Positions 7,771-14,975 of a stretch of 14,975 bases of DNA are shown here, one piece after another. The stretch covers positions 1 through 14,975 of the forward strand of contig DAOVET010000058.1 of assembly GCA_030668825.1 (NCBI GenBank), written 5' to 3'. The DNA is from Candidatus Heimdallarchaeota archaeon (GTDB lineage Archaea > Asgardarchaeota > Heimdallarchaeia > Heimdallarchaeales > Heimdallarchaeaceae). Positions within the stretch are counted from its first letter, which is position 1, and each line of letters opens with the position of its first letter. The notes under the pieces were generated by a model. That model made no database searches. It saw only the letters and a list, made by a program, of their open reading frames with translations, and was not told the origin of the DNA. Made by a program: the position numbers and the translations under genes.

Positions 7771-8931
7771 GAGTAAAATATTGTAAGCTGCATTCACATC
7801 AGCATTGATGAGAATCTTTTGAGCTGAACGATACATTCCACGATGGATTCTTTGCCCAGCATAGTTAGTTTGTTTGGTTACTGGCTCATCATCCAAGAAG
7901 CTACATTTGGAGGTATAACTCTCATCTATCAACTCGATCGTAATTCCTCTCTCCTCGGCTTTGTACTGAAGAAGAGAGATTAATTTGTGAAATGGCACCA
8001 TCACAAACAGCTGAGTGGTTTTTTTCCTCAATCTTACTTGCTGTTTCCACCGGGGATTGTATCCAATGTAGATTGTATGTAATCCTCTTTTCTCCCATAA
8101 CTCAGCTAAGAAATGACTAAGCTTGTGGAAACAATCTTTAACTTTTCTTCTCCATCTTTCTTTTGCTCGATAATACGCTGGTCCATAACGAAGTTTGTTG
8201 ACTTGCTTCAAATTTACTCTTTGCTGTTGTGCATACTGTTCCTGTAACTGACTAATCTTCTTCAAATAATATTGTGTTATTGATTTTACTCCTTTTCCCT
8301 CGTCCTTGACAATAATCGGTCTTGAGCCGATATTGTCCACAAAGGTCACGAGGTTGGTTAATCCTAAATCTAGTGCACCTTTTCCTTTCTGGTTTTTCAG
8401 CACTTGTTTTGGAAGATGTTTATTATAAATAATCTCTACCGTATATCCCATTCCTCGAGGAATTATCCTCACTTCTCTCATTTTATCTGTTGCTTTCAAC
8501 CTTGTTTTGAGTGTAAAAGGAATCTTCTTAGGGAGTACTAACCATCCATTTCTTATCTTCGCTTGTTGATTAGAGATAATAGCTATAGTTTCCCCATTTG
8601 AAGGTTTATAGTGAGGAGAACGAGGAGGTGCAAAGAATTTTGTAGGATGAATCTGCCATTCTCTCCTAGCTCGAAAATACGCTTTCCAATTTCTTGATAA
8701 AAGTCTAAGCGTATGTTGTGCAGTATGAGCTGGGAGGAGTTGATAGCATGATTCTGTTTTGAGTTGCCTATCCAGTTCATAATACGAGGGGATTGTACCC
8801 TGCTGTTGTTTAGATTGTTTCAGCAGGTAATTTGCTCGATTGTAGAGATTCTTTGTTTGATGGCACAGTCTACTCAGAACTGGATGATGTTTCACTTCCA
8901 TCACTTCTGCTCTAGGTACTGCTCCCATCAC
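7672..8931 (-). CDS. tnpB: RNA-guided endonuclease TnpB
   Basis: N-terminal LCHQTKNLYNRANY, RuvC-I ALDLGLTNL, FHKLS, LQYKAEERGI, DESYTSKCSFLD and RuvC-III INADVNAAYNIL. Confidence 0.95.
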   Translation of the reverse strand: MMGAVPRAEVMEVKHHPVLSRLCHQTKNLYNRANYLLKQSKQQQGTIPSYYELDRQLKTESCYQLLPAHTAQHTLRLLSRNWKAYFRARREWQIHPTKFFAPPRSPHYKPSNGETIAIISNQQAKIRNGWLVLPKKIPFTLKTRLKATDKMREVRIIPRGMGYTVEIIYNKHLPKQVLKNQKGKGALDLGLTNLVTFVDNIGSRPIIVKDEGKGVKSITQYYLKKISQLQEQYAQQQRVNLKQVNKLRYGPAYYRAKERWRRKVKDCFHKLSHFLAELWEKRGLHTIYIGYNPRWKQQVRLRKKTTQLFVMVPFHKLISLLQYKAEERGITIELIDESYTSKCSFLDDEPVTKQTNYAGQRIHRGMYRSAQKILINADVNAAYNILLKSDPQALPPRSVGGVGGYVVYPLRVSSSAMTL

Positions 8932-8950
8932 TTCTTTCCCTAGATTTTCC

Positions 8951-8958
8951 TATTTAAA
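8951..8958 (-). promoter_or_regulatory. TATA box of tnpB
   Basis: Minus strand TTTAAATA about 20-30 nt upstream of the GTG/ATG starts (8931/8928), inside the element. Confidence 0.55.
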
Positions 8959-9017
8959 CTCCAATAATACTTCTTCTTATCTTCATGCTTATTATGAGTA
9001 TATGACAAAATCACATC

Positions 9018-9376
9018 ATAACTATTGCAAATACAGATCCGATTATGCTTAGATATTTTGTTGCTTTTCTCTTCTTAAAGAATATCCAAAATACAGAGAA
9101 GAAGAGTGTTGCCCCAATGAATTGAACAAAAGTGGTTGCTATCAAAAGATTTCTTGATAAAATATTTGATTCTCCATTTAATGCAGTTTTTTGACTTAAA
9201 TCACAAATTGCATTATAGATAAGGCTATACCCATCTTGGGAAGTATTCAACTGATTCCCCCCAGGATAGAAAGCCATTGTTAGAATGAATAAAATTATTG
9301 AAAGAACAGCTGTAATCACAAAAACAAGAAAAATCAACTTGAACCATTTTCCCTTATTTTCGAGATTGGCATTCAT
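9018..9376 (-). pseudogene. 5' half of the IS-interrupted multi-pass membrane protein gene (YPGG...GYS...N..CDL...NG type, possibly DUF998-like)
   Basis: The ORF stops within a TM helix (IIGSVFAIV-MM*) at a stop supplied by the IS left end. The rejoined product is ~237 aa. Confidence 0.8.
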
Positions 9377-9415
9377 ACAAATTAATAGTAATCAGATATA
9401 AAAAAGGTTACGATG

Positions 9416-9571
9416 TCAAGAATTTATCTTTCTTTTCTTGATTATCCTTTTCACTATTAAATATGATGCTGAACCAATTATTGCTGCACTAGACAAACCG
9501 ATGAGATATCTAGAATAGATTGGGAGATAACCATTGTAATAACCACTTTCAACTGGTTCTGTTTCTCCACC
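9416..9571 (-). pseudogene. C-terminal remnant of a membrane-anchored surface protein
   Basis: Start-less frame GGETEPVESGYYNGYLPIYSRYLIGLSSAAIIGSASYLIVKRIIKKRKINS*: acidic linker, TM helix and basic tail. Confidence 0.55.
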
Positions 9572-9671
9572 AATGCTCTCAATAAATAAAAGAATGGGTT
9601 ATAAGAAACACAAGGGTGGAGAAGGTTACAAATTCAAAGTAGAAGATATAGCAAAGAAACTAGGATTGTAG
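9570..9671 (+). pseudogene. C-terminal remnant of a GNAT acetyltransferase
   Basis: PMLSINKRMGYKKHKGGEGYKFKVEDIAKKLGL* matches the GNAT C-terminal N.PML.IN.(R/K)(L/M)G(F/Y) motif. Upstream in-frame sequence does not resemble a GNAT. Confidence 0.55.
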
Positions 9672-9730
9672 CTTATTCTAAAAATCCCTTACTTTCCATC
9701 TAACTTTTTAATCAATAGAAAGAAGTAAAA

Positions 9731-10135
9731 CTATTCCGACTGATTTCCACAGTTTGAACAGAATCTTACTTTTTGTTGCATCTTCATCCCACAGTAGGAA
9801 CAGAAGATCGGTTCATTATTAGTTCTGAAAGTTATTTCTTGTTGCCTTGCATATTCTTTCTCCTCTCTCTCAAAGAAAGGATTCTTTGTAGGTACATATG
9901 GTTCATTTGCCCTTTGTTCAGTCTGATAACCAGACCTTTGCTGTGCTCTTCTCCTCCTAGGGTTGGAGGAAGCAGAAATAATGAAGATAAATATCCCAAC
10001 CCCTATCATGATGAATGGCCAATTCCAGATCCTAAGGTACCCCGTGTATATTCCTAGGAAAATTGCTATCCCTAATAATAAGAACATTATCGAAGCAAAT
10101 CCACCAGTTCTATGTCTATTTCTATGTGCGTTCAT
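9731..10135 (-). CDS. Two-TM membrane protein with C-terminal zinc ribbon
   Basis: Two hydrophobic helices, then FCSYCG-x7-FCSNCG. Start re-called to ATG 10135 (MNAHR...) because a TATA-like TTTATTA lies about 30 nt upstream. Confidence 0.8.
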   Translation of the reverse strand: MNAHRNRHRTGGFASIMFLLLGIAIFLGIYTGYLRIWNWPFIMIGVGIFIFIISASSNPRRRRAQQRSGYQTEQRANEPYVPTKNPFFEREEKEYARQQEITFRTNNEPIFCSYCGMKMQQKVRFCSNCGNQSE

Positions 10136-10225
10136 TTCTAAGTAAAATTGTGCATGGGCTCTAATAAAGCAAATCATTTGAAAATTGAGCTAAATACCCC
10201 TATATCCGATTTTTCAAAAAGAGAG

Positions 10226-11704
10226 CTATTTATTCTTCTTGGTTATATTAATTGCTCTAAATCCAGTAAATAGACCAACCAAGATTCCTAGACTGAAAGT
10301 TATCCCAGTTCCAATAAAGAAGTGCCTCCCATTTTGTGATAGAGCTGAGCTAATTATCACCATAATTATTCCACTAAAGAAATCTATATTCCCTTCTAAA
10401 AATTCTAGAAAAGATCCTATTGCTTCAAATCCTTCTCCTTTGCCTTTCATTCGAATTATCGTATCTGTTATGATTAACCCTGCTAATCCCCAGATTGCAC
10501 TCAAGTTACTTAAACAGAAAGTTTGATTTGGACTTAGAAAGTAAAACATTGCATTTCCTAAGAAACCAAATCCAAGATATAGTGTTGGAAGTACCCATTT
10601 TGGAAAAGTTCTCTCCATCCTTCTTCCATAAACGAACAAACACCATAGAAAGGTTAGTAGTACTATAATTCCAGAATATATTTGCAAACCTGGTATAGAA
10701 GATAGAAAACTGATATCATCTAAGGATGACGACCCATAGGTATAGAAAACCCCTGCAAATACATGCCAGATTCCACTACTCACTACGTCAACATTGTTTT
10801 GAGCTGAGAGTACTTCATACCCTCCTTGCATCGAAAAGATGACTATGAAAGTAACAATGTATGCTCCTATAAACGAAAGTGTTAACCAGTAATTCTTGAA
10901 AGTGAATTTAAAGAAAGGAATTACTTTCTTATGTATAAATCCTGTTTTTGGATATTTATACCCTAACTTTTTAGCCATTTTATAGTCTTTATGAGCCTCA
11001 TCAAATCTACCCATTTTTGCATATACTTCGGATCTTGTTTTATAGAAAACATTATTTGAAGAATCTAGTTCTATCGCTTCATAAAGATAATTGATAGCAT
11101 CTTCCAATCGTTCTTGTTCTGAACAGATTATGGCTATATTAGCATGAGCCCAACTGTTCTTGGGATTGAGCTTAATTACATCTTCAAAATCACAAAGAGC
11201 TTTATCGTATTCTTTGAGATACATGCTTGCACCACCTCTATTATGGAAAAATTGGTCTTCAGATTGATCATATTGTAGTGCTTTGTCAAAATACTCTAGA
11301 GCTTTTTCCATCTCCATTCTTTGATAATAAATTACACCTATATTTTCATATGCCCAAGCATAATCAGGTTTAAGTTCAATAACTTTTTCATAACTCTTTA
11401 TTGCATGATCAAACTTTTTTGTACTGAAATAAACGTTTGCCAAATTATGATGAAACAGAAAATTACTATCGTCAAGTTCAATAGCTTTTTTGATATCAAC
11501 TAGAGCTTTACCCAATTTGTTCTGATCGAAGAACATCCTCCCTCTGTTACCTAAAGCTCGAGCATTAGAAGGATCAAGGTCGACAGCTTTGTTAAAACGG
11601 GTAAAAGCTTGGTCTTTTTCTCCCTTCTTATAAAGCTCTATACCCTCCTCAACAAGTTTTTCAGCATCTTGACTCATTTTCATGCTCTGTTGACTGTTTA
11701 ACAT
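10226..11704 (-). CDS. TPR-repeat protein fused to a rhomboid-like membrane domain (probably catalytically dead)
   Basis: About 7 TPRs in the first ~250 aa. The C-terminal domain has LFVYGRRMERTF..WVLPTLYLGFGFLGN and SAIWGLAG, matching rhomboid TM2-TM4, but no GxSG. Confidence 0.8.
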   Translation of the reverse strand: MLNSQQSMKMSQDAEKLVEEGIELYKKGEKDQAFTRFNKAVDLDPSNARALGNRGRMFFDQNKLGKALVDIKKAIELDDSNFLFHHNLANVYFSTKKFDHAIKSYEKVIELKPDYAWAYENIGVIYYQRMEMEKALEYFDKALQYDQSEDQFFHNRGGASMYLKEYDKALCDFEDVIKLNPKNSWAHANIAIICSEQERLEDAINYLYEAIELDSSNNVFYKTRSEVYAKMGRFDEAHKDYKMAKKLGYKYPKTGFIHKKVIPFFKFTFKNYWLTLSFIGAYIVTFIVIFSMQGGYEVLSAQNNVDVVSSGIWHVFAGVFYTYGSSSLDDISFLSSIPGLQIYSGIIVLLTFLWCLFVYGRRMERTFPKWVLPTLYLGFGFLGNAMFYFLSPNQTFCLSNLSAIWGLAGLIITDTIIRMKGKGEGFEAIGSFLEFLEGNIDFFSGIIMVIISSALSQNGRHFFIGTGITFSLGILVGLFTGFRAINITKKNK

Positions 11705-11760
11705 ATAAGTCTAGTGCAGAAAAATATTATTTGGTGAAAGAAGGCATCGACTATAATGTC

Positions 11761-11783
11761 AAACATACTTTTCCAGTATGTTT
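11761..11783. promoter_or_regulatory. 9-bp perfect inverted repeat AAACATACT-N5-AGTATGTTT
   Basis: Seen directly in the 114-nt gap between the ICMT-family stop and the TPR-rhomboid start. It could be an operator or an RNA hairpin. Confidence 0.45.
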
Positions 11784-11818
11784 AAAAAATAAAATTCTTG
11801 TCTCTAAATAAACTGAAA

Positions 11819-12364
11819 CTATCGATTTTTACCCAATTTAGGTATTGGAATCCATTTTGGAACATCCTTTTTGTAATGTTCATACTCTTTATCAAATTGT
11901 TCTGTTAGCAGTTTCTCCTCATGTGAGGCTATGAAATCATAAAATATGACAATAATCACAAGTAAACCCAAGGAAGCTAATGATAAGGTGATTATTGTAA
12001 GTCCTAGGTACAAAAGAATGGTTCCAAAATAAACAGGATGTCTTGTATATTTGAATACTCCAGTCCTAATCACTTCAGGAGGATCTCTAACTTCTCCAAA
12101 AATTTGTCTTAAACCCTTGTAAGCTAAGAAAGATGAGAGAAGAAGTATTAAGCCACTTATTGGAGCATTGACATAAATTGGAATATATTCAGATAGAATT
12201 GTCGAAAATCGAAGATAAAAGGAATCTATTCCCCACAAAACGGTGAAAAGAGCTAAGAAAATTAGTTGACCGATATCACCATATTTGTGTTCACCTGAGA
12301 GATCATGTCTGTTTTCGTATCTACGATGTTTGTGAGCTTCTGTCTTACTATTATTTTCTCCCAT
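11819..12364 (-). CDS. Isoprenylcysteine carboxyl methyltransferase (ICMT/Ste14/PEMT) family membrane protein
   Basis: TGVFKYTRHPVYFG, EEKLL...F...YEHYKKDVPKWIP and several TM helices. Confidence 0.88.
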   Translation of the reverse strand: MGENNSKTEAHKHRRYENRHDLSGEHKYGDIGQLIFLALFTVLWGIDSFYLRFSTILSEYIPIYVNAPISGLILLLSSFLAYKGLRQIFGEVRDPPEVIRTGVFKYTRHPVYFGTILLYLGLTIITLSLASLGLLVIIVIFYDFIASHEEKLLTEQFDKEYEHYKKDVPKWIPIPKLGKNR

Positions 12365-12422
12365 TAAGAAAAATTAACCTTGGTTCTATTTAACTGTTAG
12401 GAAGAAAAAATATTGCTTTTCT

Positions 12423-12471
12423 TGGTCACTGAGTGAGCACTTTTTCCCACCACCCTCTAATTGAGTGACCA
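12423..12471 (+). promoter_or_regulatory. Structured leader/operator region upstream of the small ORF
   Basis: TGGTCACT (12423-12430) pairs with AGTGACCA (12464-12471), enclosing a C-rich CCCACCACCC loop. An internal palindrome TCACTGAGTGA lies at 12426-12436. Confidence 0.5.
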
Positions 12472-12498
12472 GTTACTGTTAACATAGGTGCAAAAAAA

Positions 12499-12621
12499 AT
12501 GGCAGAAAAAGTTAAACCTGAAACAAATAAAAACAAATACGAACAAATTTACAGAGAAAGAACTAGAAAGGTTGAAACAAAGGCAATCGGCTACCTTAAC
12601 GGTCATATCTTTACCTACTAA
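12499..12621 (+). CDS. Unannotated 40-aa small protein MAEKVKPETNKNKYEQIYRERTRKVETKAIGYLNGHIFTY
   Basis: AGGTG SD 8 nt before the ATG, all four Tyr codons are TAC in AT-rich DNA, it fills an otherwise empty gap, and a T-rich tract follows the stop. Confidence 0.7.
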   Translation: MAEKVKPETNKNKYEQIYRERTRKVETKAIGYLNGHIFTY

Positions 12622-12648
12622 CCTTTCTTAGTTATCTTTCTAAATTAT

Positions 12649-14235
12649 TTATTTTATTCTTGAAGGATTTAGTAGAACTTTCATTTTAGATCTATTAGTA
12701 AAGTAGGAGATTAAAGGTAATATAATTCTAGCAGTTCTTTGCCATGGTCTGATTCTTTTACTAACATATTTAGCAATTCTCATCCCTGAAAAGAAACTAG
12801 GTGGAACACCTCCTCCATCTATGTTTGCTCCAGCAAGCAGCAGCTTCCTTATTGGTGGTTGAAACTTGACATTCAATCCTCCCATCTTTGGACCCAACCA
12901 TGCACCTTGAGTATTTAGTGAAAATCGTTCAAATGTCAATGGAGTTGAAACTATTTTTAAAGTGATATGTTCAGATAAGTCTGGAATCACATTTTCAGCT
13001 AATTTGATCAACATATCTGCATACATTTCTTTTGTTTTCTTGTATTTCTCAGGATCTGCACTATTCCACTTATTCTCCCAGTTATAAGGAGCTAATGACA
13101 ATAAGATGACAGAAGATTTACCTTCATTTAGTAAATCGGGATCTATTTTTGAAGGTATTCGAATCAGTACTTCTTTGGGGTCGAAGATCCCATTTAAAGT
13201 ATTTTTAATATGTTTTTCAGCATCAAAGTTATAAGCCATATGTGAAGGATAACCTTCAAGCTCTTTATCCAACCCTAGGAATACAGCAAAACCAGATACG
13301 GATTGGTCTTTCTTAAGTACTTTTCCGAGATAAGCATTTGGGAATTTTTTCAGACTAACATATTCAAAGACTGTTCTCTTAAGATCAGCATTAGAAATAA
13401 TCCATTTTCCATGAATTACTGTTCCATCACTTAGCCTTACTCCAATAGCTTTTCTTCGTTTAGTTAGAATCTGAGTAACTCTCTTTTTGTAGATTATTTC
13501 TCCTCCACGTTCAACAAATGTTTCAGCTAGGCTTTTAGCAAAAGCAAACATTCCGCCTTTCGGGTAATAATTCCCATTGAAAACTGGAGAAAAGAAGGAA
13601 ATAGCTGCAGATACTGCTTTAATGTCTTCAGGAGGAATACCAAACCACAGACTATAGATCGCAAGTACTTTTATCAGATCTGGATCACTAAAGGATTCAT
13701 CTAAGAATTTTTTGTAAGATTTCAGTGCTAATTTACGCATTGTTGGGCGAGTAAAAACTATTTTGACTAATTCTTTAAAAGAAGGCTCCAAACCAGCCTT
13801 TATTGAAGAGTCATACTCTTTTTGTAAAGCTCTTATGACTTCAAAGAATTTTATTATTTCATCCTCACTATCAGGAAACTTGCTGATCAGCTCTTGCTGA
13901 TACTTATCAGGATGAGGATGCAATGAAATTGTTTTATCTTCATAATGAAGAACTTCTAAGGGATCAATAGGTAGATATTCTAATTTGACACCAAGTCCAT
14001 CTATTGCTCTTCTAAAGTTTTGCTTTTCTCCTGCAAATACTAAACCTTCTGCTCCAGAATCAAAGTAATAACCTTTTCTTTTAAATCCACTAATATATCC
14101 ACCTGGTACATTACGTTGTTCAAGAATTAATGTTTTAACTTCAGGATTCAAGGTTTGAATAGTTACTCCAGCAGTTAAACCACCAACTCCTGATCCAATA
14201 ATTATAACATCATATTTAGTAAGAGTTTTAGACAT
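12649..14235 (-). CDS. NAD(P)/FAD-dependent oxidoreductase, phytoene desaturase/CrtISO/RetSat-like (COG1233)
   Basis: DVIIIGSGVGGL, LEQRNVPGG...F.RKGYYFDSG, YYPKGG, IISNAD, STPLTFERF...GAW.G and LLLAGA...GGGVP. Confidence 0.9.
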   Translation of the reverse strand: MSKTLTKYDVIIIGSGVGGLTAGVTIQTLNPEVKTLILEQRNVPGGYISGFKRKGYYFDSGAEGLVFAGEKQNFRRAIDGLGVKLEYLPIDPLEVLHYEDKTISLHPHPDKYQQELISKFPDSEDEIIKFFEVIRALQKEYDSSIKAGLEPSFKELVKIVFTRPTMRKLALKSYKKFLDESFSDPDLIKVLAIYSLWFGIPPEDIKAVSAAISFFSPVFNGNYYPKGGMFAFAKSLAETFVERGGEIIYKKRVTQILTKRRKAIGVRLSDGTVIHGKWIISNADLKRTVFEYVSLKKFPNAYLGKVLKKDQSVSGFAVFLGLDKELEGYPSHMAYNFDAEKHIKNTLNGIFDPKEVLIRIPSKIDPDLLNEGKSSVILLSLAPYNWENKWNSADPEKYKKTKEMYADMLIKLAENVIPDLSEHITLKIVSTPLTFERFSLNTQGAWLGPKMGGLNVKFQPPIRKLLLAGANIDGGGVPPSFFSGMRIAKYVSKRIRPWQRTARIILPLISYFTNRSKMKVLLNPSRIK

Positions 14236-14297
14236 AGTATCATGCTTCCTCTAACTTGGATATTCATAAAGTACAGCATGTAACGAAAGAATTTTTA

Positions 14298-14975
14298 TCA
14301 AATCTGCTCCCAAAACTCTTTATCAGGATGTTCTATCTTCTCCACAAATCGTGTATCATTCCAACAGAAATCGCAATAGGAATTCCCCATCATTATTGAC
14401 CTTTCCCTTGTTAATACAAATTTTTCATTCATCCTTTTGGTTCTATGAAAATCAGGATAACATTCAACTAAGTATGCAAATTCTCTATCAAAATCCTTGT
14501 CAAAAGATCTCAAAGCTTTCTCGCTCATGCATCTAGTAATTTTCATCCCCATCTTCCCTTCTTGAATTTTGAAAGTAGTGAAATTATGTGTTTTCTCACT
14601 CCCTCTCTCATAGAGAGCTAGTATTTCTTCAACCATCGTTAAAGGAGAAGGTCTTGTTTCTGTAATTTCATATTCTGAATCGACATATTTTTTGAAAAAC
14701 TCTGAAGCTTCTTCTCTAGGCAATATTTCTTTGAGCGTAACAGCCATCAAGTACTGGGGAATCATACTCCCCCGCATTTTATCAAAAAGTGTGATTCTCA
14801 TCCTTCGGACTGATTTACCTTCGTAATACTTGTGAAGATTGAGAGAAATCTTTGTCATTTCAATCATTTTATTTCTCAAGAGTCTAAAGAAATCAACAAG
14901 ATGCATCTTACCATCTTTCTCTTTCAATCTATAATTTCTCAGAAGTGCTGATAGAGCAGAAGAAATTTCTTCTTC
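14298..14975 (-). CDS. L-2-amino-thiazoline-4-carboxylic acid hydrolase-family (ATC_hydrolase) protein, 5'-partial
   Basis: KITRC...CYPDF....N..FVLTR..SIMMG...CDF signature. The frame stays open past 14927 to the window edge. Confidence 0.8.
   Translation of the reverse strand, partial: EEEISSALSALLRNYRLKEKDGKMHLVDFFRLLRNKMIEMTKISLNLHKYYEGKSVRRMRITLFDKMRGSMIPQYLMAVTLKEILPREEASEFFKKYVDSEYEITETRPSPLTMVEEILALYERGSEKTHNFTTFKIQEGKMGMKITRCMSEKALRSFDKDFDREFAYLVECYPDFHRTKRMNEKFVLTRERSIMMGNSYCDFCWNDTRFVEKIEHPDKEFWEQI

Larger units (their letters stand above)
7632..9017 (-). mobile_element. tnpB-only IS200/IS605-superfamily element (IS1341-like, non-autonomous)
   Basis: Contains only tnpB and has no clear target duplication. 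Related subterminal motifs TGTYATATRCYCATA occur at both ends (8993-9007 and 7649-7663). Removing the element restores the host reading frame. The left end could alternatively be 9014. Confidence 0.85.

Noticed and set aside
7632-9017. IStron or self-splicing interpretation of the in-frame insertion
   Set aside because: Only ~85 nt lie between the left end and tnpB, leaving no room for a group I intron core, and I see no bulge-helix-bulge pairing of the junctions.
12649-14235. Assigning the symbol crtI
   Set aside because: Only family-level motifs are visible and there are no carotenoid pathway neighbours, so the substrate cannot be inferred.
8583-14536. Short ORFs 8583-8780, 9773-10057, 9963-10145, 10239-10526, 11321-11503 and 14351-14536
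   Set aside because: Nested in an alternative frame or antisense to stronger CDSs, with no independent signals.

Overview
AT-rich archaeal-looking window with TATA boxes about 25 nt ahead of near-leaderless starts, GGTGA-type SD motifs and oligo-T terminators. The gene mix suggests an Asgard (Heimdall/Loki-like) archaeon, which is inference only. Recognisable enzymes: alpha/beta hydrolase, F420-dependent LLM oxidoreductase, SAM methyltransferase, ICMT/Ste14-family methyltransferase, phytoene-desaturase-family FAD oxidoreductase and an ATC-hydrolase-family protein. Main observations: (1) a tnpB-only IS200/IS605-type element (~7632-9017) splits a ~237-aa membrane gene that rejoins in frame, giving a predicted TAM, ends, omegaRNA and guide, and its TnpB has a rearranged RuvC-II; (2) a membrane-anchored wHTH regulator sits next to a secreted five-repeat PepSY-like protein whose promoter carries a perfect palindrome, with an unannotated 5'-truncated caspase-like (clan CD) peptidase frame divergent from it; (3) an N-terminal-TPR rhomboid that appears to lack its catalytic serine motif; (4) an unannotated 40-aa ORF with a structured leader sharing the TCACTNAGTGA core of that palindrome; (5) a probable deletion scar joining two gene tails at ~9570. 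All family calls come from reading motifs by eye; no database searches were run.
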